Source: Candidatus Levyibacteriota bacterium (GTDB lineage: Bacteria > Patescibacteriota > Microgenomatia > Levybacterales > UBA12049). Taken from it: a DNA stretch of 64,000 bases. The notes beneath the pieces were generated by a model. That model saw nothing but the letters and a program-made list of their open reading frames with translations. It searched no databases and was not told the DNA's origin. This document shows positions 46,638-54,936 of the stretch, piece by piece; positions within the stretch are counted from its first letter, which is position 1, and each line of letters begins with the position of its first letter. The stretch is taken from NCBI GenBank assembly GCA_016214555.1, contig JACROF010000003.1, positions 930 to 64,929 on the forward strand, in the 5' to 3' direction. A program made the translations under genes and the position numbers.

Positions 46638-46937
46638 TTATTTTTTCTTATAAAGTCTATCCAGTCTTAAAAGACGAACTCCAAAATAAACAACCAAAGC
46701 AATAACAAGAAAATCAATCGTGGTGCTAATAAAACTCCCCCACATAATTTTTGATGAGCCAAGCTTGATATATGCATCGTCAAGATTTCCTGCAAAACCC
46801 AAAACAACGCCCAAAAGAGGATTAATAATATCAGTAACTAATGATGCTACTACCTTTGAAACTGCACCTCCTAAGATAAATCCAACCGCCAAGCCAATAA
46901 CGCCTTGTTCGCGTATAAATTCAATAAATCCTTTCAT
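46638..46937 (-). CDS. mscL: Large-conductance mechanosensitive channel
   Basis: MKGFIEFIREQGVIGLAVGFILGGA is the MscL N-terminal signature. Confidence 0.8.
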   Translation of the reverse strand: MKGFIEFIREQGVIGLAVGFILGGAVSKVVASLVTDIINPLLGVVLGFAGNLDDAYIKLGSSKIMWGSFISTTIDFLVIALVVYFGVRLLRLDRLYKKK

Positions 46938-46966
46938 ATGACACCTCCTTCCTATTACAGTATATC

Positions 46967-47953
46967 TTAATTCCGTTTTTGAAGCTCAAGGTGAACAGTA
47001 GACGAAATATCTCTAATAACACTAGATAATTCTGTAAAATCTTTCCCTCGCGTCATGATACAAAGAAGATACGGATTATTTGGTATATAAACGATACCAC
47101 AGTCATGAAGCTGCTTGATTGATGCTGAGATTTCGCGTTCTCCCATCTTATGGGCAACAACAACATCTTTCCCAACCCCTGCAACAATACCACTTTTAAA
47201 ATCCGAGTTGCTTAATAACTTCAAAGCCTTTTCGGAATACTCCTGATTAAGATAGGATGCATTAAAAAGCACCCTAAAAAGACCCGAATAATCCTTAACT
47301 GTCATAAAATCCACGAGAGCGCTATTCTCCGTTGGCGTTACTATACCAAGATCAATGGTGACCTTGTTTATTAATTCTTCTGAGATATTTTCTGACAACA
47401 ACACCAAGGCTTGATTGTCTGAATATACGATCATTCGCTCAAGAAGCTCCTCAACGGTATAGCTTTTCCCCTCTTCAAGAGCCATTTTGGGGACAATATC
47501 CTGAGGAATAACATACTTCTTACCTGAAATTGTTATTTTTTGTTTTAAAATTTCTGGCGTTATTTCAGCTTGCTTGTAATATGCCATAAGAACAGGAAGC
47601 TTCAGAAGACTAGCTGGAGAAAAATCCATTTTTTCATTGATACCAAACCACGGTCCATTATTTAAATCTCTATAGTAGATAGCTACATCAACGACTTTCC
47701 CTTGATTTTTTAGTTTTGCAATCAAATTTTGTAATTTATCATCAAGAATATTCAAGCCCCTACCCGTAAATTGCGCAATATTACACTCAAGAAGCGGATT
47801 GATGAACGAAAAACCTTTTCCAAGTCTTGATTCATAAGTAACGCTATGATCAATTGTCTCTTTTATGTCCTGCAAAAAGAGATACTTTCCACAAAATACA
47901 CCTCCCGCAAATAAAAGAACTCCCAAAAGGACTGATAGCAAAATCTTTCTCAT
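46967..47953 (-). CDS. Class A beta-lactamase-like / PBP-type serine hydrolase
   Basis: Signal or TM anchor, then an SxxK motif (SPASLLK), an SDN motif (YSDN) and a K[MT]G-like HKMGE. Confidence 0.5.
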   Translation of the reverse strand: MRKILLSVLLGVLLFAGGVFCGKYLFLQDIKETIDHSVTYESRLGKGFSFINPLLECNIAQFTGRGLNILDDKLQNLIAKLKNQGKVVDVAIYYRDLNNGPWFGINEKMDFSPASLLKLPVLMAYYKQAEITPEILKQKITISGKKYVIPQDIVPKMALEEGKSYTVEELLERMIVYSDNQALVLLSENISEELINKVTIDLGIVTPTENSALVDFMTVKDYSGLFRVLFNASYLNQEYSEKALKLLSNSDFKSGIVAGVGKDVVVAHKMGEREISASIKQLHDCGIVYIPNNPYLLCIMTRGKDFTELSSVIRDISSTVHLELQKRN

Positions 47954-47962
47954 AAAATCATT

Positions 47963-48604
47963 TTACTTTGGATGAGAGCTGTCGTATTCTGTTCCAAGAA
48001 TAATAAGTATTTTTGCCTCAGATGGCGCAGTTTCTTCCTTTGGAAGACTTACTACTTTCCCTCCAACAAAAGTAGCTATCTTTTCTGCAATCGCCTTCTG
48101 CTTGCTATCAATCACAATGACAACCGATGCTTCATAATCGCCCTCGGCATTATCTTTTTGCACGACACTCACTTGATCAAATTTCTTCTCAATGTCAGTC
48201 TCGCCTCGTGCTGCAAGACCCTTTATCTTTGTACCATTGTAGATTGCTAAAGAAACCTTTTCTGCAGTAGTTGGAGTTGTCTCTTGAGGCGTTGGGGACG
48301 ATGATCGTGAAGATGATTTTGAAGCAGCGATTTCAGGACTCTTTGGAGCTTTGATAACCGCACTGTCTGACTTTTTAACGGCGGCCTCAGGTTTGGCTAA
48401 CAACATTTGAGCATGTTTGTATTGTTGAAAAAAGAAAATTGTAGCCAGTAATACTACTGTAACAAAAAGAAAACTACCAACGAGTATGATTGGCCTTGAT
48501 AGCACCGCTTGACCTGTCTGAAGATATTTTTTTGCACTCTCACTTCCGATCCGATTGTTACCCATGTGTCCGCATATCATACGAAAGGTCATGATGAGTG
48601 TCAA
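47963..48604 (-). CDS. LytR_C (LytR/CpsA/Psr C-terminal) domain membrane protein
   Basis: TM anchor, S/T/P linker, and a C-terminal LAIYNGTKIKGLAARG...VIVI segment. Confidence 0.45.
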   Translation of the reverse strand: MTLIMTFRMICGHMGNNRIGSESAKKYLQTGQAVLSRPIILVGSFLFVTVVLLATIFFFQQYKHAQMLLAKPEAAVKKSDSAVIKAPKSPEIAASKSSSRSSSPTPQETTPTTAEKVSLAIYNGTKIKGLAARGETDIEKKFDQVSVVQKDNAEGDYEASVVIVIDSKQKAIAEKIATFVGGKVVSLPKEETAPSEAKILIILGTEYDSSHPK

Positions 48605-48680
48605 GATAATGGCGATTGAGACCTAAGAAACATTTTGACAAGACATAAAAAACACTCTACCATAATTTGAGAGGATCACT

Positions 48681-49481
48681 ATGCGAAAATATGATGCGTT
48701 CTTTTTTTATTATACCCTTCTCCTTGTCCTAATGCTTTTTGCTGAAGCATTTTTGACGTCGCTTTCTCCCCACTTTGTACTATTACCCTTTGTTCTTCTT
48801 CCTCTTCTCATTTTCTTATGGCTCAACTTAAAAAGGGCTTATGTCAAACAAGAGGTAATAAAGCATGAAAAAATAGATCAAACTGAACCTCTTCCAACAG
48901 ACCGCCCTCATCTCTCAACAAAAACAAAAAGAGGAAGTAAAAATACCATTCTTATTACAACCTCAGCACTAGGCATGCTTACTATCTATGCTGCTCTTGC
49001 ATATCGAGCATTCACACAACCTAGCCTTTCACAACTTCTTGATGAGCAAATTGCAATAACCAAAGAGATTACAGCTGTTAAGGACGAGGTGTCATCGCTT
49101 TATGACATACAAAAAACAAATTCTCTATCAAATGACAATCTCGAACAACTAAAAGAAGAAATAGCAAAATATCAAAAATCAAAACTTTCAGATAAAGAAA
49201 TTTTGTCTATCTTAGGAGCGACAACACAATCAATTTCTTCAAATAGTGCAAATGAAAATACATTATCAAAACAGTCTAAACAGACTTATGTGATGATAAA
49301 AAGTAATCAAGGATCAACGCTTGATGTATATGCTGAGAAGTACTCATCCTCCAAAGTCGTTGGACAAATGAAACAAGGCATTACTTACTCAAGTCCCAAC
49401 CAAGACGGGAACTACTACATGATTGAACTATCTGCCGATGTAAAAGGCTGGGTAAACAGTCAATACCTTAAGGAACTTTAA
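48681..49481 (+). CDS. Membrane protein with a C-terminal SH3b-like domain
   Basis: Two TM segments, a coiled coil, and a C-terminal YSSPNQDGNYYMIELSADVKGWVNSQY. Confidence 0.35.
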   Translation: MRKYDAFFFYYTLLLVLMLFAEAFLTSLSPHFVLLPFVLLPLLIFLWLNLKRAYVKQEVIKHEKIDQTEPLPTDRPHLSTKTKRGSKNTILITTSALGMLTIYAALAYRAFTQPSLSQLLDEQIAITKEITAVKDEVSSLYDIQKTNSLSNDNLEQLKEEIAKYQKSKLSDKEILSILGATTQSISSNSANENTLSKQSKQTYVMIKSNQGSTLDVYAEKYSSSKVVGQMKQGITYSSPNQDGNYYMIELSADVKGWVNSQYLKEL

Positions 49482-49484
49482 TCT

Positions 49485-49844
49485 ATGAAAATACTTAACA
49501 AACTTCTTTTTGGGTACTGTTTTATCTTTGCTCTTTTTCTTTTCCTCAGCGGACTCCTTTCTAGCAAAAGTCCTCCACAGCTTTTGATGCAAGCAATTAC
49601 CCTTCCTCTTGTTGGCTATTTTGTTGTGGAACTAATCTCAGCAATAACCCACAGAGGCACAAAAAAAGACCACGACACTCACTCACGCAAAGCAAGAATA
49701 ATCTCATTTGTGATCATTTGTATTATCCTTGGCACGCTTGCAACGTACAGTATCCTTCGTATCATTTCACAGCCACAAAAACAACCTATGATAGATAAAA
49801 ATGCCAATAAAATTATCCTAGAAAAATCAATAGAAAAAAAATAA
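49485..49844 (+). CDS. Small membrane protein
   Basis: Three hydrophobic segments. Confidence 0.3.
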   Translation: MKILNKLLFGYCFIFALFLFLSGLLSSKSPPQLLMQAITLPLVGYFVVELISAITHRGTKKDHDTHSRKARIISFVIICIILGTLATYSILRIISQPQKQPMIDKNANKIILEKSIEKK

Positions 49845-49849
49845 CTTGC

Positions 49850-50563
49850 ATGAAAAAATTGTTCATTTACTATAATTTCATCCTCGTCAGTATCATTACG
49901 ATCCTTGGGTTTCTCCAGGCGCAATCATCTGCTGAGATAATTAGCGCAATTCTATTCTTTCCGTTCTTCATTTATTTCTTTCGTCTTGTTCTCCCCCAAC
50001 AAAGAAAAGCAGTACCCCTTGTTACTCATACGAAAATTGATGCTATACCGCTTCATATCGAAATCAAAAAAATATTTGATGAGACTGAAGAAACGATATC
50101 AGTTGACATAGAACCAATTGGTGAGGGAGATGAAAATACTGAGGCTGAAGCAGATTCAGAGACAGATAACATCCTCAATAGGCTTGATATCGACAGAAGA
50201 ATGTTTCTCAAGCTTATCGGCTCTGCAGGTATTACTGTCTTTCTTTTCTCCCTCTTTACAAAAAGAGCTCAGGGAGCGTTCTTTGGAAGCGTACCTGGAC
50301 CAGGAACAGTTGCTATCAAAGACACCACGGGTGCAAAAATTGATCCCGCAATTAAGCAACCAACAGATGGCTATACCCTAGCCCAGCTTGATGATTCAAG
50401 CTCAACAGCGTACTATGGCTACCTCAACAAAGATAGCGCATGGTATATCCTCAAGGAGGATAGTAGTGGAAATTACCGTTATGTCAAAGGCTCAAGTAGT
50501 TTTTCAACTAACTGGACAAATAGAGCATCGCTTACTTACGATTATTTTGACGCCGTATTCTAA
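49850..50563 (+). CDS. Membrane-anchored hypothetical protein
   Basis: Two TM segments and an acidic linker. Confidence 0.3.
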   Translation: MKKLFIYYNFILVSIITILGFLQAQSSAEIISAILFFPFFIYFFRLVLPQQRKAVPLVTHTKIDAIPLHIEIKKIFDETEETISVDIEPIGEGDENTEAEADSETDNILNRLDIDRRMFLKLIGSAGITVFLFSLFTKRAQGAFFGSVPGPGTVAIKDTTGAKIDPAIKQPTDGYTLAQLDDSSSTAYYGYLNKDSAWYILKEDSSGNYRYVKGSSSFSTNWTNRASLTYDYFDAVF

Positions 50564-50605
50564 ACTGATTGAAAAATCACCACAGATGGTATTATAATAC
50601 GGATT

Positions 50606-51079
50606 ATGAAGAAAGAATATTTTCTTGTACTTGCTATCGGGCTCTTCATCCTTTCATATGTTCTTGATGCGCTCGTCAATCCCCTCTCATTTAACCTTCC
50701 AACACCCTATCATTATTTTGCACAGGATATTCTGACTACCTATGCATTCACAACAACAACCATCCTCATGAGGACAATAGGCGTAGTCATCTGTGTCTTG
50801 CTTGTCTTCTCATCAATTGGCATTCACCCCTTTGCCAAAAGTGGATCACTCTTTATCATTTCAGGACTTGTTCAGCTCTATGCCCTCCAAGACGTTGTAA
50901 CAGGCAGCAACACTATTCCAGTTGAGTGGTCGGTATCCCTGACTCTTTCTGGGATGATTTTACTTCTACCAACAATTTTTTACGTCATAAAAGGGATTAC
51001 TTATGGACCACCCGAGGAGTCATATATCGTACGTGAGGAAGATCAAAAAAGATATATAGATGATCTAAAGAAAAGTTGA
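50606..51079 (+). CDS. Polytopic membrane protein
   Basis: Four TM segments. Confidence 0.3.
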   Translation: MKKEYFLVLAIGLFILSYVLDALVNPLSFNLPTPYHYFAQDILTTYAFTTTTILMRTIGVVICVLLVFSSIGIHPFAKSGSLFIISGLVQLYALQDVVTGSNTIPVEWSVSLTLSGMILLLPTIFYVIKGITYGPPEESYIVREEDQKRYIDDLKKS

Positions 51080-51454
51080 GGATTTACCAACAATTACTCT
51101 CCATACTACCCTCTGACAAAGCGTCATAATGGCACCAACTACAAAGATCCAAAATGATAGATCAATCGTAAATCCTGTCATAAATGAAAATCGTGATACT
51201 GCTAGTAACCCAAAGCAATTAATGATAAAAAACGCCAGCAATGAAGCAGCTTTACCAAAGCGTATTTTTCTTGCAATCGTAAAATCCCACCATACCCATA
51301 CACAAAAAGTCAACCAAAATCCTGCATAGATTGCAGACTCTATAAGCCTGAGCCTGTCATTTCCAAGATTGATATCAGGAAGAAAAAAACTTAGAAGATA
51401 CAGGAGAAGCGAATTAACGATCCAATATCCGAGGTACAAAAGATGATTATACAT
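51065..51454 (-). CDS. Polytopic membrane protein
   Basis: Four TM segments. Confidence 0.3.
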   Translation of the reverse strand: MYNHLLYLGYWIVNSLLLYLLSFFLPDINLGNDRLRLIESAIYAGFWLTFCVWVWWDFTIARKIRFGKAASLLAFFIINCFGLLAVSRFSFMTGFTIDLSFWIFVVGAIMTLCQRVVWRVIVGKSSTFL

Positions 51455-51505
51455 GGTAATTTTTTATAACACAGCGACAAATGACTAGTCAATCTCAACG
51501 ATGAT

Positions 51506-51958
51506 CTAAAACGCAGCTTTTATTTTCATCAATAATTGTTCAAGGGAAAGCTTGCTATTAACACCTGTGACAGGATTTGCAGAAAGAAATCCTGAAAAAA
51601 AGTTCAGCTGAGCCTCATGATAGACGGTAAGCCTACATTGATCCCCCATCTCCTCTATACGAAAGCCAAAAATTGATACAAAAGACTTTGTCTTGTCCTG
51701 GAGGGCAAAATGATTTGGCGCTATCTTCTGGACTACTTCAAGAAGAGCTTCTTCTTTTCCTAGAAATGTTTTTTTTATTATTTTATAGATTGTACCTACC
51801 TCGCCTGTTCCTGATACTTTTTCAATATGTGATACATCACTCCAGTATGGATAATAATCCATGTCAGTTATAAATCCATATGCTTGAAGTGCTGATTTAT
51901 TCAAAACCATGCTTGCTGAAACAATCTTTTTGGACATATATTCAGTATAGAAAGCCAC
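51506..51958 (-). CDS. SRPBCC (polyketide cyclase/START-like) fold protein
   Basis: 150 aa with a pattern consistent with a beta-grip/helix fold. Weak call. Confidence 0.3.
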   Translation of the reverse strand: MAFYTEYMSKKIVSASMVLNKSALQAYGFITDMDYYPYWSDVSHIEKVSGTGEVGTIYKIIKKTFLGKEEALLEVVQKIAPNHFALQDKTKSFVSIFGFRIEEMGDQCRLTVYHEAQLNFFSGFLSANPVTGVNSKLSLEQLLMKIKAAF

Positions 51959-52021
51959 CTTTTATTCTGCAAGTGTCATTTCTAAATTGACACCTTCCAC
52001 ATCTTGTGCTAACTTCTAATA

Positions 52022-52642
52022 ATGGATGACGATGGTAAACTTCCAAAAAACACCTACCTCCATGTCATGAACTTAGGAATAGAAAAAAGACTAGTGTTCA
52101 TGGACAAAAAAGACCTTGACCGTTTTATTGATCTTCTTAACTACTACCAATTTGAAAATCCTCCAGCTCGGTTTTCTTTTCGAAAACGACCCGGATATGA
52201 AAGAGATATAAACACTGTACCTCTAGTAAAAATACTTTCTTTTCTCATGATGCCTGACCACTTTCACCTCATCCTTGAACAAGGAAAGCCAGAGGGTGTA
52301 AGTCGATTCATGGCGCTAGTTACAAATAGTTATACGAAATATTTTAATAGCAGACATAAACGATCAGGACCTCTTTTCAAAGGTATTTTTAAAAGAGCAG
52401 AAATCCAAACTCTCCCTGAACTTTTGGATGTAGCGTCCTTTATCCACCTAGAACCTCTTAAAAAAGGCCTTGTAGATGATCTCAAACGCTTTCCATTTTC
52501 TTCATTTCATGAATATGCAGAGATACACCAAGGGTTTTGCGCAAAGGATGCCATTATGAAAAATTTTGCCGACCCCAATGCATATCAAAACTATCTTCTT
52601 CAAGAACACAACCTCGTAAATAAAAATCTTTTTCTTGAATAA
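52022..52642 (+). CDS. IS200/IS605-type Y1 (HUH) transposase-like protein (REP-associated tyrosine transposase-like)
   Basis: HUH motif MPDHFHLIL. The expected catalytic Tyr region reads FKGIF rather than containing Y. Confidence 0.5.
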   Translation: MDDDGKLPKNTYLHVMNLGIEKRLVFMDKKDLDRFIDLLNYYQFENPPARFSFRKRPGYERDINTVPLVKILSFLMMPDHFHLILEQGKPEGVSRFMALVTNSYTKYFNSRHKRSGPLFKGIFKRAEIQTLPELLDVASFIHLEPLKKGLVDDLKRFPFSSFHEYAEIHQGFCAKDAIMKNFADPNAYQNYLLQEHNLVNKNLFLE

Positions 52643-52645
52643 TGT

Positions 52646-53440
52646 ATGACAGATAATAACTACCAAAAAGCAGCTAAGTTGATCGATCTTGCAAATCAAC
52701 AAAACACAAGCGGACACTTAGCGAAAGCTCTTGCAAATTATCTAAAAGCTGCTCATTTTACTCCAAAAAATCCTAAAATTTATAGTTCAGTTGCAGTAGT
52801 ATTAACAAAACTTGAGAAATGGGATGAAGCTATTTTGGCTTATAAAAAGGCGCTCAAAATTGATCCTACATACTCTGACGCAGCATACGATCTGGCACTT
52901 TTGTTTCAGAGCTTGGATAGACTTGAGGAGTCAGCCATCTATTTTAGTAAAGTCACAAGGCTCTATCCCTCACATACTGATGCATATATAGGCCTTGCAC
53001 AGACATCATCGTCTATGGGAAAAATTGATAAAGCCATTAGGGCATATGAAAAAGTCCTCCTTCTTCACCCAACAAATAGCGAAATTAGACAAGAAGTTGC
53101 TTCACTTTGCGCAAGAAATGGTGACTTTAAAAAAGCAGGAATATTTTATCAATCAGCTCTAATTCTTACCCCTAAAGATCCTCATATCCTTGGGAATTTA
53201 GCTCTTGTCTATAAAAAAAGCGGTAGTCTCACGCTAGCAGAAAAAACTCTGAAAAAAGCTATTAAGTCAAATCCAACTCTGCCCCATCTTTACTATGCTT
53301 TAGCAGTCGTTTATCGTGAGCAAGGAAAATTTGAAAAAGCCGTTGTTGCATTAAAAAAGGCATACAAACTTGATCCTGACCTAAAGAATGATTATGAACA
53401 ACTACTTAGACCTCCTCAAAATAAAACTCTAAAAAATTAA
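52646..53440 (+). CDS. TPR-repeat protein
   Basis: Seven to eight tandem 34-aa repeats with the A-x-x-x-Y/A-L-G pattern. Confidence 0.65.
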   Translation: MTDNNYQKAAKLIDLANQQNTSGHLAKALANYLKAAHFTPKNPKIYSSVAVVLTKLEKWDEAILAYKKALKIDPTYSDAAYDLALLFQSLDRLEESAIYFSKVTRLYPSHTDAYIGLAQTSSSMGKIDKAIRAYEKVLLLHPTNSEIRQEVASLCARNGDFKKAGIFYQSALILTPKDPHILGNLALVYKKSGSLTLAEKTLKKAIKSNPTLPHLYYALAVVYREQGKFEKAVVALKKAYKLDPDLKNDYEQLLRPPQNKTLKN

Positions 53441-53462
53441 CCAGTTAAGGCTGCAGAGGAAA

Positions 53463-54467
53463 CTACTCTTGTGAGCCGATGATGATTCTAGCTGATGCGG
53501 AGCCATCAACTAAATCCCCAGACTTCGTTGGTTTGTTAACAACATCTTTAATGTCTTCCAGCACTAGCTCTGTCTCCTCATTTGTCTTGCTATCGATGAT
53601 TAAAATTTCTGTCTCCTCATAATCTTTAGTGTCAGCATTACCAGTCTTTATAACGCTATACCCTTTTTTAGTAAGCTCCTGAGCCAAGTTTGCTGCTTTA
53701 CCTGGAGTTGATGTACCATTAAGCACTTCAAATGTCCAGTCATCCCTATCCAGCGTCAAATCAACTTTAGGAGTAGGTGTCGCCTCCACAACAACTTTCT
53801 TTTCTTTCGATTTGTCTTGTGATGCTTGTTGCAAAAGATAAATACCAAAAGCCATAGTGATGATCACAACCACAAGGCTAATAATAGCTCCAAGGATAAA
53901 AAGTTTTTTATTTGACTTTTCAAGAGGCGGCTCTTCCTCCACTTCTTCCTGCGACTGCTCTTCAACTTTTAAAGGAGCATCGGGAGCAACAGTTGGTACA
54001 GTTGGTGAAACAGTTGCATCGCTACTCTCAGCTGCTTTGATTGCTGGCGTCTCAGGACTAATAACTGTAGATGTTGCAGCTGGTTCTTCAGCGCTTGCTT
54101 CACCACTTGTCTCAGTACCCGCTGACGCAGATGGCTCTACAGGGCTAGGAGGTACTTGATTTACTATATCTGTAGCTGGCTTGAGTAACCCTAAGTTATC
54201 AGCTAGCACCTCAACCTTGACCTCCTTCGGTTCATTTGCAATCGCAGTAGGCGCAGGGGCACCTTGAGCCGCCTGCGAGACACCCTGAGGGTCTTTAGTC
54301 AAGACTTCTTGTGTGTTTTCCTGAGCTTGCTCAACAACAGGAGACGGGATATTTTCTGAAGACACTAAAGCTTTCGCTACTTTCTTAACTACTTTTTTCT
54401 GCGGCTTTTTTTCTTGAGAAACCTTCTTTGGTGTTTTGGTATTTTTTTTGGAGGCAGGCTTTTTCAT
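53463..54467 (-). CDS. Lys-rich membrane protein with a C-terminal LytR_C-like domain
   Basis: K-rich N-terminus, one TM segment, and a C-terminal FEVLNGTSTPGKAANLAQELTKKGYSV...ILIID. Confidence 0.4.
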   Translation of the reverse strand: MKKPASKKNTKTPKKVSQEKKPQKKVVKKVAKALVSSENIPSPVVEQAQENTQEVLTKDPQGVSQAAQGAPAPTAIANEPKEVKVEVLADNLGLLKPATDIVNQVPPSPVEPSASAGTETSGEASAEEPAATSTVISPETPAIKAAESSDATVSPTVPTVAPDAPLKVEEQSQEEVEEEPPLEKSNKKLFILGAIISLVVVIITMAFGIYLLQQASQDKSKEKKVVVEATPTPKVDLTLDRDDWTFEVLNGTSTPGKAANLAQELTKKGYSVIKTGNADTKDYEETEILIIDSKTNEETELVLEDIKDVVNKPTKSGDLVDGSASARIIIGSQE

Positions 54468-54478
54468 GTGAAGACAGC

Positions 54479-54874
54479 CTAAGCTGTAGGAACTTCGTTG
54501 CGAGTATATCCTGCTAAAATTTCCTTTACCATATTTGCGACTTCTTTGGGCTCGTGTTCGCTTTTGATGATATATTTAACCGCCCCTTTAGCCATCGCTG
54601 CTTCAGCGTCCTGTTGACCTGCCAGGTTGGTAAGCATAATAACAGGGATTGTTTTGGTTTCTGGATCTAATTTGAGCTTTTCAAGAACTTGAAGCCCATT
54701 CATTTTGGGCATCATGATATCAAGGAGCATGATGGTTGGCTTGGTACTTTTAGCCTTCTCAAATCCCTCAACACCATCTGAGGCCATCTCCACTTCATAT
54801 TTTTCAAATGTGAAGATTTTGTGATACATCCGAGACATGAGCGGATCATCCTCAACTATGAGTATCTTTGCCAT
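54479..54874 (-). CDS. Single-domain response regulator (CheY-like receiver)
   Basis: ILIVEDD...LLDIMMPKMNGL...IMLT contains the receiver Asp and Lys residues. Confidence 0.85.
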   Translation of the reverse strand: MAKILIVEDDPLMSRMYHKIFTFEKYEVEMASDGVEGFEKAKSTKPTIMLLDIMMPKMNGLQVLEKLKLDPETKTIPVIMLTNLAGQQDAEAAMAKGAVKYIIKSEHEPKEVANMVKEILAGYTRNEVPTA

Positions 54875-54936
54875 AAATTCAGTATATTCCTATTTAAACA
54901 CTTGTCAAGCAGATCCAAAAATGCTTGATATTGTAC

